A DNA stretch of 62,608 nucleotides, the filler included, from Sphacelaria rigidula (lineage: Eukaryota): NCBI GenBank assembly GCA_964200075.2. It is 5 parts of 5 records of this genome, joined end to end, with 100 filler letters (N's around TTAATTAATTAA, not from the genome) between each part and the next. Parts side by side here need not be neighbours in the genome. Positions count along the whole stretch, not along the records: positions 37,627 to 50,067 come from CAXNAA020003768.1; positions 50,168 to 62,608 come from CAXNAA020003769.1; 3 more parts are not named here. One strand, written 5' to 3'. The position numbers were made by a program, and so were the translations under genes. Position 1 is the first letter of the stretch, and the number at the start of each line of letters is the position of its first letter. Below the pieces are notes generated by a model that was given only the letters and a program-made list of their open reading frames with translations, had not been told where the DNA came from and made no database searches. Positions 49,101 through 62,090 of this stretch are shown piece after piece.

Positions 49101-52100
49101 CCCCGTGGCCAGGGCGCTTCCAATTTCAATTTATTTCGGTGTTTGTGACGTTGCCGTCTCGGATTTCGGTGGTGAAACCGGAGTGGTCCGGTTGGGCCCT
49201 TCTACTCTCAAATGAAGGTCTGCCCGTAACTTATTTAGTGATTTACACGTGGTATCTATCTCCGTACGGTAAGTCTTGGTGGGACTGGTGGATTCATTTC
49301 AGTACCAAAACGCCCAGGTATTATAACGTATATTATTCGTCTCGTATCTCGTTCGAATCACGTGTTTCATGCTTATAATAATAACTGCCTGTACTGCGGT
49401 ATGGTTGCGTCCTTGCACTCCTTGACAAAAACTACACCTCCCGCGCCTCGTACACAGTTCATGATAACCATGGAATGTCGGTGGCGTTTATATCATGCAT
49501 ATCCGTTTTTGAACTGGTACGGTATACTATTCGGTACAGCACGCAGCATGCGGGAGTACTGGATCGAAAAAACACTGGTTCACCACACCTCCAAGTGCAA
49601 CAACGATGGACTCGCTGGCATCTCTTCTGCGTGTTTTCGAATAGAGCGTGATGAAACATGAGGAGCAATAAACAGTGGAGCCGAGAAAATGATGTTCGTC
49701 TAAAAAATGAGGTTGAAGCGGCATTTATCTCTTGCAGGGAAGCACGGTTAGGACAAATCAAGTCGTTAGTCAACTCAGAGCCATCATTTCAATGAATAGA
49801 TCATACTAGTCGTACATGATTTGTAATTCATACAGCTTCTTAGCTTGTGCATGACTCAGTATAACCCGAAGGTACTCGCTTCATACCTTCCATGACTACG
49901 GGGTGAACAAATGGGCACGTAGTCAACCCTGCACTGAAAATTTGGATGCATCGATTATACATGTCACGCACTTCTTATTATCATGATTCGGGAACGTCAT
50001 GTGCAACTTGCTCGACCAACTTGTTGGAGATGAGCGCCCGTACATTTTTCCCACCTTCGGGCTAATGNNNNNNNNNNNNNNNNNNNNNNNNNNNNNNNNN
50101 NNNNNNNNNNNTTAATTAATTAANNNNNNNNNNNNNNNNNNNNNNNNNNNNNNNNNNNNNNNNNNNNAAGGCAAGCAACAAATGAGTACGCCCCCCTCCC
50201 CCCCGCGCCTCCCAGTGATTAAACTGTTACATTGTGAGCCATTTCAAGCGGGTAGGGTCTCAGTTGTGGATATTGCGAGAGCGCGAGTTGACAAAAAACA
50301 TGGACGGAGGTCGGCAGACGGCCGGAGTGCTGATTCAATGTGCGGTAAGAGAGACGCGCATGGAAAACCAGTTTCGAGTGACCCGACGACAATAAGCGGG
50401 ACAAAGCGGGGGTTCCTGTTTCCGTCCCGTCACGGAAACGCTCTCGTACGCCAAGATTGTGCAGTACAGTGCGTCACCCGTTGTAGGTTCACCTTGCTTG
50501 TTGCCAACGGTCGATGACATGACGACACGTGTCAAACGGTCCAGGGGCCAGCGTAGCTGACAGAGAGCGAAGTGTATATCCTCCCTGAATCGACCTTTCA
50601 TGGAAAAATGCAGTACAATGAGAGAGCATTGGCTGACAAAACACAGAGCTGAGGGAGAGCTCGGGACAGCTACTGGGGTGAGTTTGCGAGGGGTACCCGA
50701 CTTTGTCGTTGTAAACCCACAATTCAACCCCCGATCGTGACTGCAACCCAAGTCCCCACCCAAAGCGAGCGCGATAATCCTCAGGTACGGGGGATGCATA
50801 CTCGTAGGGTGCCAGTGCCCCAGCCAAACGGAGGGTTCGCAGAGGCGTGCTTGGAACGCCAAGGACCGCCAGTCTTACAAGAGATCAAGAGATTGGAATT
50901 TTCAGTATCTTCAGCGTTGGTAGAACTATTTATGTTTCAAGCGGTGGGTTTCTACGATTGACTCGCGTATGGGACGTCTTTGACTCGTACAGTCAGTCCA
51001 CTCGGTAGTAAAGTACAGCACGGCCCATCGTACCGCCATTTGGCATTGCCATCAAACATTCGAGCGGTCAAGAGGGATATGCTGGGTCTACCACGCATTT
51101 TATCTTGTCATCAGTGACGGAGGATACAAGTCGACCTGGGCCACCCAACAACACTGTTGATGGTCGCTGACTGCCGTAGATGACGGGGTTTAACATGTCC
51201 TGGCGACAATATTCGAAATTACGATTTTCACGGCAAGCAAGATTCTGCTTTTCCCCAACAAATCCCGTCGAGCACAAGATGTTGACGACATAGCTCTACC
51301 TCTTTGAAGCTACCGTCATCGCTGCAGATTTCGAAAAAAATCGGGGTGATGCAGCAGCAGCTACGAGTAGCCCAAACAAGATTTTTTGAATACTTTTTCT
51401 TGGTGCTTGAAAATTGCGCTTCTTTTCCTTGAATAATGATCATTGAATCGGCCCACTCATGCAGACCCATTGTCGGAAGATGGGAGATTCGAGGCATTCT
51501 TGAAGAATATCGCTCCTCTGGTTACCCCCGCAGTATCCAAACCGAAAATAAAAATAAAAAACCATCATGCGGAGAGTGCCCGAGTATCAGCATATCAGAA
51601 ACGCAAGGAGGAATTACCAGGGGGGAGCAACAATATATCACAGAATGCTCTGGTGGTAACCACACAGGCGGATGCACTCAAAAATACGAGTACTGTATGC
51701 TCACAGACTTTCTGAGTGATAATAACCGCAGGGCACGATGATGACGTCAAGCGGGAATCGCATGGGGGTTTAGATTACAACTACTGTAGTAGCGTCCAGA
51801 ATTAATGGGATGACAACAACGACATGGCCTACGATACTCCGTCTCCTCCAGGACGGTGAAACGCACTGCCCCCGGTATTGTACTACCCTGGCAATGGTCT
51901 GCAAACTGCAAACTGCTGCGTTCACAGTGAACTCGATGCCGGACAAAGAGCGGAGGACTTTTGCACTGAACAACAACAGTCGGGCGAATACATTCGATTA
52001 ATTAGTAGCGTCTTGAGACCACCAGGGTCGGTCATCATCTGTGGAATTGGCACTACTTATACTTGGAAAAAGGGTCGGACTGCTGACCCACCGTGGCGGT

Positions 52101-55100
52101 CAAAGGGTTGACACATCCCACGAAAAACATCATGATGCGCGTCTTACTCAAAGACAATGGTCTCAATAACTACCGTACGGCATTGACCATTGACCACGAA
52201 AGATTTTTGCTGGAAAATACTCGTAGGCAGACTGTATTTGGAGCGGAATAGATTCGCTTGGAAACTTACCAATCAGATCGCTCCATTTCGCTTGGGAATC
52301 GCCAGGGGAGTATTCTAAAACCAAGTGTTGTGCGGTCTAACTCGTATTGTAGCGCGTTTCAGACAAATAAAGTATCGTAGATAATACAGTATTGTACACC
52401 GAACACAGTGCAACAGTACGGTACAGTTGTACAGGCGCCCAACGCACGGCACCAGCAGGGGTGTCGCAGCAACGGGCAGCACATTTTTCGTCTTATCGAC
52501 GACGAAACAGTCAACTCACCCATGAAGCTTTAAACAGTGTGCAGTCAGCACTGCGTGCCGACTATCGTTGTTTTCTGGAGAGACGAATACAACGACAATA
52601 ATATCGCGGCTCATGCAATTCAAACCTTCTTGGTAATGGGTGAATACACCACAGCAGAACATACAGTGGAAGCTCGAACACATGAGAGAGGCTTGAGTGT
52701 TTTTGCTGCGGTACAGTAGTGAAACAGGACGTGTCCCATGTTTTAGTCCCCCGTCTCATCGTGGAGAGGTCTTCAATTTTGGGCCAGTACCGAGTTTGAA
52801 CACTCGGCCATAGTCGCGCTTCTGTCAATTCACTTTGGGTTACCCTGCTCTTCGTGTGGGAGGTTTGGCACGTGATGCGGGCTTCGCCCGCTAATCTAAT
52901 CAAGCAGATTCTGTCTTGGTACATCTTCGATTTGCCGCCGAGAGACAACAGCGCGGCACGGCTACTACAAGTGTAGTACTCGTAGGGTTCGAGTACTACT
53001 GTCTGTACCACTTACTGACCGGCTGTGCTGTGTCTGCGTGCAGTCGTCTGCACAACTGATTGCAGTATCGGCAGTAAGGTGCAATGTAGCACAGTACAGC
53101 AGTCAGTGGTTCAGTAAAGTACCGCAGGTGCCGATTTGGCGCAATACCAAAATGTCCGCCTCCCTCCAGACCCGACCCCCAGTCATTCGATGGCGGTGGC
53201 TCCGGTATTTCACAGAACAGCGTGGCTTTCACTGGCTTGCTGTCTGGAGGTTATCGACGCTAAACACACTAAACTAGCTGCAATTGTATAACCGTTTAGA
53301 CATCTTGCCATGCAAATTACTGACATTAGTGCTGTTCTCTAGTACCAAGGAGTTCGATGCACTAGGTCGGACAACACTATGAACGCAGCGCGGATCGACG
53401 ACTATTGTCATCGTCATAATCAACATCATCACCATCACCATCACCATGTGACGGGGTATAACACCCCCAGACAAAGAAACTTCAAACTTCGCAACCCGCG
53501 ACCATACTTGGGCTGGTCACCCTCTGGGAAGATGTAGCTTTTCCTCGACGAATATAGATATTGCAGGAGTGCGACATATATCGTTACAACAACACCGATA
53601 CTAGAGAGCCTAACAAGTATGAGTGCTTCCCTGCGTGCGCCCCGTAGTGAGCATGATGCAGATAGACGAAGATCAAGGATTGGCTGCTGGGCATGATGAT
53701 TCGGAGGGGCAACATATATCCACAGCACGTCACAATACACCATCAGTTAAGGGGTTGCTGTTGCATTTCCTCCCTATATTTGCGTATATCCATACCCTCC
53801 TCAGGAACTTACCGTGATTTTGCAGCAATTTCGGCTGACGCAGCAGAGCATAGAGCGCTGATCTAGCAATCCTCACTCACCGTGCACGCTGGTTGCTGAG
53901 CGTTCGTTCTTGGTAATTCGTACTGTACACAACAAGTGCATTCACCTGAAATTCTTAGACTTCTCAGTCCCGATATGGAAATATAGTTGTCAGAGGCGTT
54001 AACGACACGGTGTATCATAGGTAGGGCAAATATCGAATCGATGCTGCAACCTAGCTCGTCCGTACACCCCACGCCCAGGCCTTGTTACTGGGTTCTCTCT
54101 GGAAATATAGTCTGAAAGCTGCACGTGCGAGCTCATCTTGCGGAAACTTTGTGTACCTCGGGAAACTAGCTTCCTGTGGCAGAGAAGCGAGGTGAGCACG
54201 AGGAAGGGGGAATTCGTCGCAGTGTGTTGCGATGCGTGTGCGCTCAAAATGAGTTATTTCCGCACAAAAAAGCGAAAAAAAATGTAACGCAGATAAAAAA
54301 TTGAGACGAAAGCAGCTGCAACACAAGAACACGATTGCCGTGAGTTCCGCCGACCCGCCACGGCCCGGCGACACTGCCCTCTGTCTACGTGCCGAGAGCT
54401 GTCGTCAATTGTTACCATGTACTTCAGTGTAACCTCCATCAGCCAGCAAGCTGAAGCGTGCAGCAGTGTCACTTGGTTGCCTTTTGCACACCAGGCGTAC
54501 GTACGTTATCCAATAAACACCTAGTGAACCCCGATTTCGCGGCCTTGGTGCTTTTTATACACACACCAAAAGGAGCGACTTGGAGACCCTACACTTTTAC
54601 TTGCTGTACAGAAATGGAACATGCTGGGGCTGTGACGGCTGCGTAGAAAAGCGCATGGCAGCACTTGCGCTCCGCAGTGACGGCTGTTACCGCAGCACAC
54701 CAATCGCTACTGCAAGACCGCACCGTGCTGCATAATCTCTATTTTCCATGTGTCGGTGTCGGTGCGATGTTGCGACATAAGCATGGCAAAGGAGGATGTG
54801 CGAACGACGTGGTTCCGAACACACCGAAACACCCTTGAGGGTGTGTGTTTTTTCGCCCCGCGAAACTATACTGTTGTACTATCAACATACTTCATGTACT
54901 GTGGGCGTTCGTCTTGAGGATTCCAGAGGAAAATACTGTGTACTGAACTGCCTGTACTATATACGTTTTGCGTGAGGGCGGTGTCACCCGCTTTACTGTA
55001 GATGTGATGCATGCAGCGCTTCATCGACGACGGTGGAACCCTCCCGTCAGAAAGTCGGTCACATACAGTGTTGGTGTCTCGTCTGCTGTCTGCTGTGTTT

Positions 55101-58100
55101 CTGTGTTCTCCTGTGGATACGTTGGAAATAATCTAGTCTTTGTCGCAGGTGTTTGATGTATGAAGCATGGTGGAAAAAATAAGACGAAAGGAATGAAAGA
55201 AGCCGCCCCCGAAACACAAGGTAGAAGGCTGCGCTACTCTTATGAAACTAGCTAAAAATGTACGGCGTTAAAAAATGCGTTTTATCTAGGCGTCGTGTCC
55301 ACCTCGTTTCCGTAACTCATCCAAAAACCGCTCAGTTTCATGTGCATTACTCGACCGATTTAACTCATACCTCAAGCTACCTCGGCAACAATGCAATCCT
55401 GTGCAGTACGGTGTTGTTTTGTCGAGGCAGACTCCCTGCAGTGGAACTCAATTGAACAGTAGCAAAACACGCGCAACCCCCGGTTCGTTTTTGCTCCGTG
55501 GTGTCTTTTTTTGTTCTGTAGACGTGCGGATATTAGCTCTTTCCACGAAAATGGTTTCCTCTCTCAACGACTATTTGGTTGTAGTCGGCGAAGACGTGGG
55601 CTGGTCGTGCCTGCTGCTGCGCAACCGCTCGGCCGTACTTCAACTGCCCAGTGTGGTGACATATCATGCTGCGTGCAATGTGAATGCCGGGTGGCGCAGT
55701 ATAAAGTGCCCACGTGGAGCTGTCTTGGACTGACTTCGCCCGGTAGATCGGGAGCACTTTGTGTTCGCTCGTGTCATCATCGGCCTGTCCCCAGGAGCAT
55801 AAATGTCTTCACGCGTTCTTGCTGCTGGCCCGTTTTTTTGCTCTCATGCCAAGGTCATCATATAAAAACCCCTATACAGTATGTCTGTCCTCTTTGTTCA
55901 CAAGCTTCGTTCAACACACATATTCACACCCCAGCCAGCAAGGGGATCAGAATGTGCGGTGCTTGTCTGTCGCTTTCCATCGTGGGGTCGTCACCTTGTG
56001 TTCTAAACTGCCGTTTCAAGTGCCTGTGAGACCGCGCAGTTCTTCCTCGAGACACCTATTTATGACGTGATCTGCAAAAAGATGTAGGCATCGAGGACAG
56101 GACAGACATCGAGAGCAGCAGAGTACACATGCAGTCCTCTCTTTTTCAGTACAGACGTACACCCAGTACCGGGCACATTTTCAATTTTACTCACGCACGC
56201 CTGCAATGGACGTGATGGGCGTCGACTAAAAAATGCGTAAGCCCGAAGAACACACTGACTGTTACTGTGCCAAGCCCGACTTACTGATTGTCGCACGTTC
56301 ACTGGTCATGGAAGGAACCAGCCGTGAGTATCTCGACACCTGGAGTCGAATCAAGGACCAGCAGAAAACCACAATTTCCAATAGAGTTCGTCGCTTCATC
56401 TCGCTAAGTAATGTTGAGTAAGACTTATGCTGTAAGATCACTCGTGCTCACTTCCCGCACAAGGATTTACTTCGCAGTTCATTTTGCTGTATCAGCTTAG
56501 CTTGATTTTCCTGCCTCTCTCCTTGTACTTCCTCTCCGTTACAAATAAAGTCTCTCGTGACGCAAATCAGGTTCTCGGAAGTGCCGACCAGTGCCGACAC
56601 ATCACCGCAAAATAGGCGATTGATAATTCTTCCGCTGTACACCAGAGGGGGTATATACAACACAAATTTGTTCGAGCGAGCCAACTGGTGGAGTGGGTCG
56701 GGGGGTTGGGGGGGTTGGAGGGGCGGAAGAGGACAGGGAGTAACATTGAAGAGCGCGTATCACGTCGATATGGTCGAGATCATGGAACGCAGGCATGAGG
56801 TGGAATGGAGCCCTGACATGGAGCTAGAAGGGTGAGGCACACATGACGACTAGACGTCATGTCAGCCTGCAATGGCGTGGAAGAAGTGTAGGACTCTGTC
56901 TCGGTGTGTCGCGCCCTAGATTTTTTTTCGCCTCTTGATAGTGCGCGCACATCTTCCCTTTGCGGCGCCTATTTTCTCAGGTGAAATGTGTGTTGTCTGA
57001 TTTGCTCTCATCGAAAATACTACTGTTTCAGTAGATTCTTGAGTGCGTGATTCATGAGAGGACGGCATGCAGTGCATGGGCGCATCCGTTGTTCATGAAG
57101 GACCCTTTGGCATTTGCGTTTTTACAGATGGTGAGGTTCAGAAGTCGACACGAGCTTTTTCGCTGAAGCTTGCGGCAGGTTTTTTTGGAACAGAGCAATT
57201 CATTCCTAGCTGGGAGAATTTGCGGCGGACACATGTTTTCGCCCCTCCCTGCATTTTTTTTATCAATCTTCAATTTTAGAATACTCGCGGTACGCTTTCC
57301 AACGTTTCGCAGGCGGGAGTGATGAAAGCGGAGTATCTATGTTATGGCGTGTGCTCCTTCCGCGATCACCGTCACTGTCTCGTTCCATGTCCCAAAGTTG
57401 AGGTCGCCGGTGGATGCGCGCTCGTGCGTTTTACGAAATCAAAGTATGCAGTTCGGGATCTACGCTCGACGGGGGAGTGTTGTATGCGGAGTAGTACCTA
57501 CTGTACTGCATGCACTTCTGTCCCAGTCGCCGAAAATCCCAACCAATTCGAACGACCGATCCTGTGCTATCCTCAAAGGCACACAGCGACCTACAACACG
57601 CTCAACATGTGTTTTTGTTGAACTTCTTGGGGATTTACATCTGTCCCTTCACCTGCACCTGGCGAGCGCAGTATCGAAGTGCAAGTGCACGTACTCCGTC
57701 TGTCACGTGCTGGCTTTCCGCTTACTCCCTGATATGCTATGCCTTGTCTATGGTACCGTTGTTTGCAAGCTGGGAGCAGGTGATGATTATTGTAGAGGAT
57801 TCATCCTCCACCCGGTCCGCTCGCCATTTTGGCCTATCACCACTTTTTCGAGGCGTGATCACTTTTTGTACACGCATCGCCAATTCTCTCCAAGTTCACG
57901 TAAGGCTTGTGCTCTAGGCGGCGCGTGATTGCACAATGTTCACCCCTCTCCGCCCATCGCCTTTTGGATCAGGCACGAAAGAAAACAGCACCAAGCAAGT
58001 TCATGTTCTCGTGCTTTCCATGTCGTTGATTGTTCACCACCAGGAGAGAGGATACATGCGTGTCTGGTTGTCAAAGGTGGAGGTAACATGACTGCCCTCT

Positions 58101-58669
58101 CACGATTGTTTTTTTCGACCGCCGCATGGGTGCTGATGAGGGTTGAAAAATCATGTCTACATGTTCTAGTGTGGGGGTCATGTGCCGTCTTCCGAAGATG
58201 CTCCCGCAGAGCTCTCTCCCCTCCCCCGGCTGCCCGGCCTGGGGCGGGTGTATGACCCGCGCGAACCTGCACGCACACACCTTGAATGGAGAGGAAATGC
58301 ATCATCGTCGATAGTAGTAACAACAGCAACATCAGTAATAGGGTAGCAACCGTCTTGCTTCCCCACCTGCTGCTTACGCTCGACGATGTTGACGGCACTA
58401 AGTCCTGATGCGGCGGAATTTTTCCCGACGGAGTTTTCCCACGGCAAAAGCCCGCGGCAGCGGCACCAGGTAACCGTCGCCGAAAGCGTGGGATACGAGC
58501 TGCTAGGTATTCACACGTGTGTAAGCAGATGAAACGATGCGGTGGTGGAACCGGTCGAGGCATGTCGGGACTGCTGCCCCCGGAACCATGTCTGATGACA
58601 AGCACTCACGGAGCAAAGTCAATTTCAGATTGTTGCAATCTGCTTATGTGAGATAATCAAAGAATCAGA

Positions 58670-59060
58670 GCAGAAGTATCTCAAACTCGAGATTCCCGGT
58701 ATATTAGAGGTACTGTACCTTAACTGTACCTCAACCCTCAGACCGCGAGGTTAGTCCTCTGTTGAATCGGCATCAATTTCAAGTGAAAAAATGTATGCAT
58801 GATCCAGAAAGACTAATCTCGCGGTCTAAGGGTTAAACTCGAGCTTCCCGGTATAGCTAACTCTAAATTACGGTTGACGTGTGAATCTCGAGTTTTGAGA
58901 TTGCTCCACAACACGGTAATTTACTGTCGAATATGTCGGGAACGAGGTCGAGATACCTCTATCAGAGGTGATGCTGTACCTCAAATCCGAGATTCCCGGT
59001 ATGTATCACGGTAATTTACAGTGGGGTATATCAGGAACGTCGAGCTTGCGATGCCTCTAG
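58670..59060. repeat. Degenerate internally repetitive element (TCAAACTCGAGATTCCCGGTATA / CGGTAATTTAC motifs); related sequence at ~59605-59715
   Basis: Motif at 58681, 58731/58837 (split by the MITE), 58981 and 59640. Confidence 0.6.
58735..58832. mobile_element. piggyBac-like MITE (98 bp), flanked by TCAA and TTAA
   Basis: Closely matches 15597-15695: CCCTCAGACCGCGAGGTTAGTC ... GACTAATCTCGCGGTCTAAGGG|TTAA. Confidence 0.87.
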
Positions 59061-60279
59061 CAACCTTCACTCAATTCTCCTTGCTCAGCGTAAGGCGAGG
59101 TGACTGAATGTTGTAACAACCAGCAGGTGCTTGTTGCCCATGAGACAGAGAAGAGGATCGAAGGACGCGTAGAATTACGCTCATAATGAACTGGTGACCT
59201 CTTTCGCCGTGGTGGGGTATCCATCTCTTGGAGTTGTGGATTTTTTCAAGATACAGCAGATCACTCCCCCTCCTCCCCCAAAAAACTTCAAAAACCTCAG
59301 AGATCAGCACAACTCCTCCATCTCATGTTTCAGCACGTTGTACTTCAATCGTGTAGACGCCGCGTATATGAGCGGGTCCAGTGTTGCAGTGTGTTTGACA
59401 AAAAGCTGCTGTAGGGGTATGATTTCTCAAGGAAGAGCCGGTCGCCGTTGTTGCTTCATTGAATATTCACAGGTGACCAAAGTGCAGTGAAGTGCGTGAC
59501 TACGTCGGCGGACCCCCCCCCCGCGCGCTGTTATGAACGTGCAATTGATGAACAATTGCCGTTGCGGTTTTGTATTCGTGATATTTGTGAGGCGGCGTTT
59601 TGGGGAAATCCCGGTCTCGACTTCGTCACGATGGGTATCTCAAACTCGATGTTTCCGCTCTATTCGACAGCGATTTACTGCTGAAAATACCGGTAAATGT
59701 CTAGTTTGAGGTACGCCTATTGATTGTGTGTGTGTTTCCTTTTGGAGCCAACTTGGCCTTGCGATTCACGCTGCGTATCTTGTTTTGTCCAGGCATTGTA
59801 CAGGAACTCGAGGTAAGTGATGAGGTGGCGCAAATTGTTCTTGCTGAGTACCGCTATAACGAGGTTTGCCGCGCTGTATTCCAACACACCGCAATACTTT
59901 TGGTCACCAAGGCCAATGTGCGCGTGAAATGTCGCAACTAGTGTAGTACAACCTGGCTTGTTCATGGGTTGAATGAAGCAGGTCGGGGATCTAAACGTTG
60001 AACATTGTCCTGCCGCGTGCTTCGGTAATTTTCGATCTGGATTTTCCGGGGATGATGTTTCACCCCTTGCTCACGTGTCACCGGCGCTTCCGGTCATTAT
60101 CCCAGCCTTCGTCAGTAGCATGCGAAGGACTTCCAGTAGGTTTCGTCGCAGTCTTCCGGTTGAATGATGCTGCACCTGAAACGTTAATACGGTCTCTCGA
60201 AAAGTCCACCTGATGGGACTCGATACAAAGCAATAGTAGTTGTACCGATGCCAAGGGCAAAGGGAAGCCCTCCCGTTGG

Positions 60280-60429
60280 CCCTTCGACCGCCGGGGTGGG
60301 TAATCCGTTGGAAACGGCATCATTTTCACTTGAAGAATGACCCAGACACGTCTTGGTTCGGCGCAATTTTCACTCGGAAAATGTTTTCGGAAAGATCCAG
60401 AAGCGCCACCCACTGTGGCGGTCAAAGGG
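60280..60429. mobile_element. Diverged relative of the piggyBac-like MITE (150 bp); eroded copy at ~52010-52107
   Basis: CCCTTCGACCGCCGGGGTGGG ... CCCACTGTGGCGGTCAAAGGG 21-bp imperfect TIR; TSD eroded. Confidence 0.6.
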
Positions 60430-61467
60430 TCGATCCCCCTTTTCAATCGGGGAAGGAGGCGTACTCATTAGATGCGCATTTGTCGCTTGCCTTCATCGTT
60501 TTACCTTTGGTCACACACCACTTTCGAGATAGAGCACCGTTCCTTCTCCTACTAGAGACACCTCCAATATCTAGGTACTGATTACGGCTTTCATACATTA
60601 CACAAGGACCGTTTATATATCTTACGCCCATCCTGTTTCGCCGTCTCTGGCCACCATCTATCTCCTTATATACTTTTCGTTTTTTTGCTTTTCAACCGGG
60701 GGGGAATGGGTTTGTCCCATGAGACCACCGGTTTATCTCGAGGCAGGGGGGGAAAAAATGGCGTTCATATAGGGTTATCAGAGCGGGAGCGTCCGTACAT
60801 TCAAGGATGCCGTCTCTTGTGTTTGGCACGAGGATACGCACACATTGACCAAAGACTACTGCTCCTGTACTTGATGAAGTTTACGCAAACCCCGTTCTTT
60901 CCAGTCTTGCGGTCGGACTCGAACATCATTGTCCGTGTTTTTTCTCCCATCATACGTTGAATCCCTTTCCCATATCAGCACGAGCCCGTCGTGTCACGGC
61001 ATCGAGCCACCTCTCCTTCCGCACACACTGGATATGACGGTTTCGTGGATTGGATCAGCGCTTCTGTGCCCCGCAGTGACTTTGAAGTTTTTCCTTCTAG
61101 TGAATATCCTGGTGTGTTGGGGCGACTGCAATCAGATACCCTAAAGTGATGAAGCCCGTAGTAGTACTGAATCTGCGTGGGATCCGAACCCTTACTCCGC
61201 CCCAATCAGTTTTCGGATGGCACTAGTTAAATCAGCAGGGCGCAGAGTGCCTCCGTATTTGCGTTTTCAAGGCTCTGACAGTTCCGTGGGAACGCTAGCG
61301 TGCCCATCACGCGGCGCGGCTATGATGGGCGCACCACCAATCGCCCACGACTACCTAAGCACCTTCCTTGGCCAAGGTTTCTCGATTTGCGTCGGGTTAC
61401 GGTTAGGGTCAGGATTTGACAATGATGCACTATGTTGAACCGATGCTGGGACCATGGGTGGGGTTAA

Positions 61468-61795
61468 TCCTTCGACCGTGCGATGAGCCCATCAAGATCA
61501 TGCATACTTTTTTCAAGTGAATTTGATGTCGATTCAACAGATGTTCTGCCCTTGCCGTCCAAGGGACAGCGAGTAGGTCATCTGGCCATGCAGTCATCTT
61601 TCAAGTGGAAATGTTGCTTATTCAACAGATGACCTCTGCTCGCGGTCAAGGGGTTAACCCTAGGAGTTAGACTGCCAGGGGGTGGAGAGGGGGGGGCGAT
61701 TTGGTGAGCGGGTGTGTCTTAAACCCTTTGACCGCGAGGGTAGGCCATTTGACCATGCAGTCAAATTGAAGGTGAGAGTGATACTGATTGAACAC
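61468..61795. mobile_element. Cluster of piggyBac-like MITE copies: tandem pair 61468-61653 between TTAA sites and a partial copy from 61724
   Basis: TTAA|TCCTTCGACCG..GTCCAAGGG, a second unit ending CTCGCGGTCAAGGGG|TTAA, then CCCTTTGACCGCGAGGG. Confidence 0.7.
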
Positions 61796-61858
61796 GACAA
61801 CGAGGTTCAACGCCAAAATATTGCTTTTACTAACCTAACGTCATGAATGATTCCACAC

Positions 61859-62090
61859 GGACGACCTCGTGCCCCCCAACCTCCCTGAAACAGTTTGATT
61901 TCAGAGTTTCCGGTCTTCCGTTCCTCTGAAGGGTACGCGCGGAAGTACGGTTTTCAGGCGCAAAATGTCCCTTTGTTCCACCCCGAAATCGAGGCTAAAA
62001 GGTGCTTTCGCACATAACGTTTTGAAAGAAGCAAAAGACGAGAAACTACCAAAAATAGTTTCAGGGAGGTCGGGAGACATGAGGTCGTCC
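61859..62090. mobile_element. MITE-like element with ~35-bp terminal inverted repeats
   Basis: GGACGACCTCGTGCCCCCCAACCTCCCTGAAACAGTTT ... AAATAGTTTCAGGGAGGTCGGGAGACATGAGGTCGTCC. Confidence 0.75.
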
